This document shows, one piece after another, positions 24,899-27,590 of a stretch of DNA of 27,590 nt. A program made the translations under genes and the position numbers. A model generated the notes under the pieces. That model searched no databases and had not been told where the DNA came from. It saw nothing but the letters and a program-made list of their open reading frames with translations. How positions within the stretch are numbered: position 1 is the stretch's first letter; each line of letters starts with the position of its first letter. Origin of the DNA: a virus (taxonomy: Duplodnaviria > Heunggongvirae > Uroviricota > Caudoviricetes); the IMG/VR virus record IMGVR_UViG_2551306525_000002, positions 1 to 27,590 of that record; one strand, 5' to 3'.

Positions 24899-25050
24899 CG
24901 TTCCCGAAAAATCTGTCGGTCGATGACCTGATGGCGGATGTGGCAGTGATATTTCACTGGCCGCCATCAGAACTGTATCCCATGAGCCTGACCGAACTCA
25001 TCACATGGCGCGAAAAGGCGCTCCGGCGAAGCGGAAACACGAATGAGTAA
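24623..25050 (+). CDS. E+E': gpE+E' (142 aa), made by a programmed -1 ribosomal frameshift at 24871-24877
   Basis: After slipping on TTTTTTG, the -1 frame reads FFVAELGAVTFPKNLSVDDLMADVAVIFHWPPSELYPMSLTELITWREKALRRSGNTNE and stops at TAA 25048-25050. 84 + 58 = 142 aa, the P2 E+E' length. Confidence 0.78.
24871..24877 (+). promoter_or_regulatory. Slippery heptamer T TTT TTG for the E/E' -1 frameshift
   Basis: TTTTTTG lies 7 codons before the E stop; the -1 frame stays open for 58 codons. Confidence 0.75.
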
Positions 25051-27490
25051 CAATGTAAAATTACAGGTATTGCTCAGGGCTGTTGACCAGGCATCCCGCC
25101 CGTTTAAATCCATCCGCACAGCGAGTAAGTCGCTGTCGGGGGATATCCGGGAAACACAAAAATCACTGCGCGAGCTGAACGGTCACGCATCCCGTATTGA
25201 GGGATTCCGCAAGACCAGTGCACAGCTCGCCGTGACTGGTCATGCACTTGAAAAGGCACGGCAGGAGGCCGAAGCCCTTGCCACACAGTTTAAAAACACC
25301 GAACGTCCGACCCGTGCTCAGGCGAAAGTCCTGGAATCCGCAAAGCGTGCGGCGGAGGACTTACAGGCGAAATATAACCGCCTGACAGATTCCGTTAAAC
25401 GCCAGCAGCGGGAACTGGCCGCTGTGGGAATTAATACCCGCAATCTTGCACATGATGAGCAGGGACTGAAAAATCGTATCAGTGAAACCACCGCACAGCT
25501 TAACCGACAGCGTGACGCGCTGGCGTGTGTCAGTGCACAACAGGCAAAACTTAACGCAGTAAAACAGCGTTATCAGGCCGGAAAGGAGCTGGCCGGAAAT
25601 ATGGCCTCAGTGGGCGCTGCCGGTGTGGGGATTGCTGCTGCGGGAACGATGGCCGGAGTTAAGCTGCTGATGCCCGGTTATGAGTTTGCGCAGAAAAACT
25701 CAGAATTGCAGGCCGTGCTCGGCGTGGCAAAAGACTCCGCCGAAATGGCCGCACTCCGCAAGCAGGCGCGCCAGCTCGGTGACAATACTGCCGCCTCGGC
25801 GGATGATGCTGCCGGTGCGCAGATTATCATTGCGAAAGCCGGTGGGGATGTTGATGCCATTCAGGCAGCAACGCCGGTCACGCTGAATATGGCACTGGCG
25901 AACCGCCGCACGATGGAAGAAAACGCCGCCCTGCTGATGGGGATGAAATCCGCCTTTCAGCTTTCAAACGATAAGGTCGCTCATATCGGGGATGTTCTCT
26001 CCATGACGATGAACAAAACCGCCGCCGATTTTGACGGCATGAGCGATGCGCTGACCTATGCCGCACCTGTGGCAAAAAATGCCGGTGTCAGCATTGAAGA
26101 AACCGCCGCAATGGTCGGGGCGCTGCATGATGCAAAAATCACAGGCTCAATGGCGGGGACGGGAAGCCGTGCCGTGTTAAGCCGCCTGCAGGCACCGACG
26201 GGAAAAGCATGGGATGCACTCAAAGAGCTTGGAGTGAAAACCTCAGACAGCAAGGGAAACACCCGGCCAATATTTACCATTCTGAAAGAAATGCAGGCCA
26301 GTTTTGAGAAAAACCGGCTCGGTACTGCCCAGCAGGCTGAATACATGAAAACCATTTTCGGGGAGGAGGCCAGCTCATCCGCCGCTGTGCTGATGACTGC
26401 CGCCTCAACCGGAAAGCTGGACAAACTGACCGCTGCGTTTAAAGCCTCAGACGGGAAGACCGCAGAGCTGGTAAATATCATGCAGGACAATCTCGGCGGT
26501 GACTTTAAGGAGTTTCAGTCCGCTTATGAGGCGGTGGGGACTGACCTGTTTGACCAGCAGGAAGGCGCACTGCGTAAGCTCACGCAGACGGCCACAATGT
26601 ATGTGTTAAAACTCGACGGCTGGATCCAGAAAAACAAATCACTGGCGTCAACCATCGGCATTATTGCCGGTGGTGCACTGGCGCTGACTGGCATCATTGG
26701 TGCCATTGGCCTCGTAGCCTGGCCGGTTATCACCGGCATCAATGCTATTATCGCGGCAGCAGGCGCAATGGGGGCAATCTTCACGACGGTTGGCAGTGCT
26801 GTTATGACGGCCATCGGGGCGATTAGCTGGCCGGTTGTGGCCGTGGTGGCCGCCATTGTCGCCGGGGCGTTGCTTATCCGTAAATACTGGGAGCCTGTCA
26901 GCGCATTCTTCGGCGGTGTGGTTGAAGGGCTGAAAGCGGCATTTGCGCCGGTGGGGGAACTGTTCACGCCACTTAAACCGGTGTTTGACTGGCTGGGCGA
27001 AAAGTTACAGGCCGCGTGGCAGTGGTTTAAAAACCTGATTGCCCCGGTTAAAGCCACCCAGGACACCCTGAACCGTTGCCGTGACACGGGCGTCATGTTC
27101 GGGCAGGCACTGGCTGACGTGCTGATGCTGCCGCTTAATGCGTTCAACAAACTGCGCAGTGGTATTGACTGGGTACTGGAAAAACTCGGTGTTATCAACA
27201 AAGAGTCAGACACACTTGACCAGACCGCCGCAAGGACTCATGCCGCCACGTATGGCACCGGTGGTTATATTCCGGCGACCAGCTCTTATGCAGGCTATCA
27301 GGCTTATCAGCCGGTTACGGCACCGGCTGGCCGCTCTTATGTGGACCAGAGTAAAAACGAATATCACATCAGTCTGACGGGCGGTACTGCGCCGGGGACT
27401 CAGCTCGACCGCCAGTTACAGGATGCGCTCGAAAAATACGAGCGGGATAAACGTGCGCGCGCCCGTGCCAGCATGATGCATGACGGTTAA
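25043..27490 (+). CDS. T: Tail tape measure protein gpT (815 aa)
   Basis: Length identical to P2 gpT; coiled-coil-rich N-terminus and glycine/alanine-rich hydrophobic middle region typical of tape measure proteins. Confidence 0.9.
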   Translation: MSNNVKLQVLLRAVDQASRPFKSIRTASKSLSGDIRETQKSLRELNGHASRIEGFRKTSAQLAVTGHALEKARQEAEALATQFKNTERPTRAQAKVLESAKRAAEDLQAKYNRLTDSVKRQQRELAAVGINTRNLAHDEQGLKNRISETTAQLNRQRDALACVSAQQAKLNAVKQRYQAGKELAGNMASVGAAGVGIAAAGTMAGVKLLMPGYEFAQKNSELQAVLGVAKDSAEMAALRKQARQLGDNTAASADDAAGAQIIIAKAGGDVDAIQAATPVTLNMALANRRTMEENAALLMGMKSAFQLSNDKVAHIGDVLSMTMNKTAADFDGMSDALTYAAPVAKNAGVSIEETAAMVGALHDAKITGSMAGTGSRAVLSRLQAPTGKAWDALKELGVKTSDSKGNTRPIFTILKEMQASFEKNRLGTAQQAEYMKTIFGEEASSSAAVLMTAASTGKLDKLTAAFKASDGKTAELVNIMQDNLGGDFKEFQSAYEAVGTDLFDQQEGALRKLTQTATMYVLKLDGWIQKNKSLASTIGIIAGGALALTGIIGAIGLVAWPVITGINAIIAAAGAMGAIFTTVGSAVMTAIGAISWPVVAVVAAIVAGALLIRKYWEPVSAFFGGVVEGLKAAFAPVGELFTPLKPVFDWLGEKLQAAWQWFKNLIAPVKATQDTLNRCRDTGVMFGQALADVLMLPLNAFNKLRSGIDWVLEKLGVINKESDTLDQTAARTHAATYGTGGYIPATSSYAGYQAYQPVTAPAGRSYVDQSKNEYHISLTGGTAPGTQLDRQLQDALEKYERDKRARARASMMHDG

Positions 27491-27504
27491 GGAGGTGACG
27501 AAAA

Positions 27505-27590
27505 ATGATGCTCGCGTTAGGTATGTTTGTTTTTATGCGCCAGACGCTGCCACACCAGACCATGCAGCGCGAATCAGATTATCGCTGGCC
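27505..27590 (+). CDS. U: Tail protein gpU, N-terminal 28 codons only; continues beyond the window
   Basis: AGGAGG Shine-Dalgarno at 27489-27494, ATG at 27505, translation MMLALGMFVFMRQTLPHQTMQRESDYRW as I recall for P2 gpU. Confidence 0.75.
   Translation, partial: MMLALGMFVFMRQTLPHQTMQRESDYRW

Larger units (their letters stand above)
1..27590. mobile_element. P2-family phage/prophage genome segment (replication gene A, cos, packaging, capsid, lysis and tail modules); both ends of the element lie outside the window
   Basis: Gene order and protein lengths match P2 (Q 344, O 284, N 357, M 247, L 169, X 67, Y 93, K 165, LysA 141, LysB 141, R 155, S 150, V 211, W 115, I 176, G 175, FI 396, FII 172, E 91, T 815 aa); P2-type 19-nt cos sequence present. 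No integrase or att site seen. Confidence 0.9.

Noticed and set aside
1-27590. CRISPR arrays, tRNA or rRNA genes, insertion sequences or transposase genes, integrase or att sites
   Set aside because: No regularly spaced short repeats, no tRNA-like cloverleaf regions, and no transposase- or integrase-like ORFs were seen in this window.

Overview
The window is a contiguous segment of a P2-family (Peduovirus-like) temperate phage or prophage: the 3' part of replication gene A, the cos site, the Q/P packaging genes on the minus strand, then the O-N-M-L-X capsid genes, the Y-K-lysA-lysB/lysC lysis cassette and the R-S-V-W-J-I-H-G and FI-FII-E/E'-T-U tail genes on the plus strand. Calls rest on my recognition of P2 protein sequences, exact agreement with P2 protein lengths, and typical start/stop coupling; no database search was run. 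Three strongly AT-rich cargo genes interrupt the GC-rich backbone at the two known variable loci of P2-like phages. One is a 540-aa minus-strand protein between gene A and cos (the tin/old position). The other two lie between G and FI (the Z/fun position): a 511-aa protein with three N-terminal transmembrane helices and a 250-aa minus-strand protein with a GIY-YIG-like nuclease signature. I recognise none of them as a described defence family, so they are the best candidates for novel anti-phage or exclusion functions. Structural oddities include a 1-bp frameshift in baseplate gene J, a ~472-bp diverged tandem duplication across the J/I junction that creates a chimeric I'-'J ORF, 3.5 tandem 132-bp repeats in tail-fibre gene H, and a family of palindromic motifs bracketing the G-FI cargo genes.
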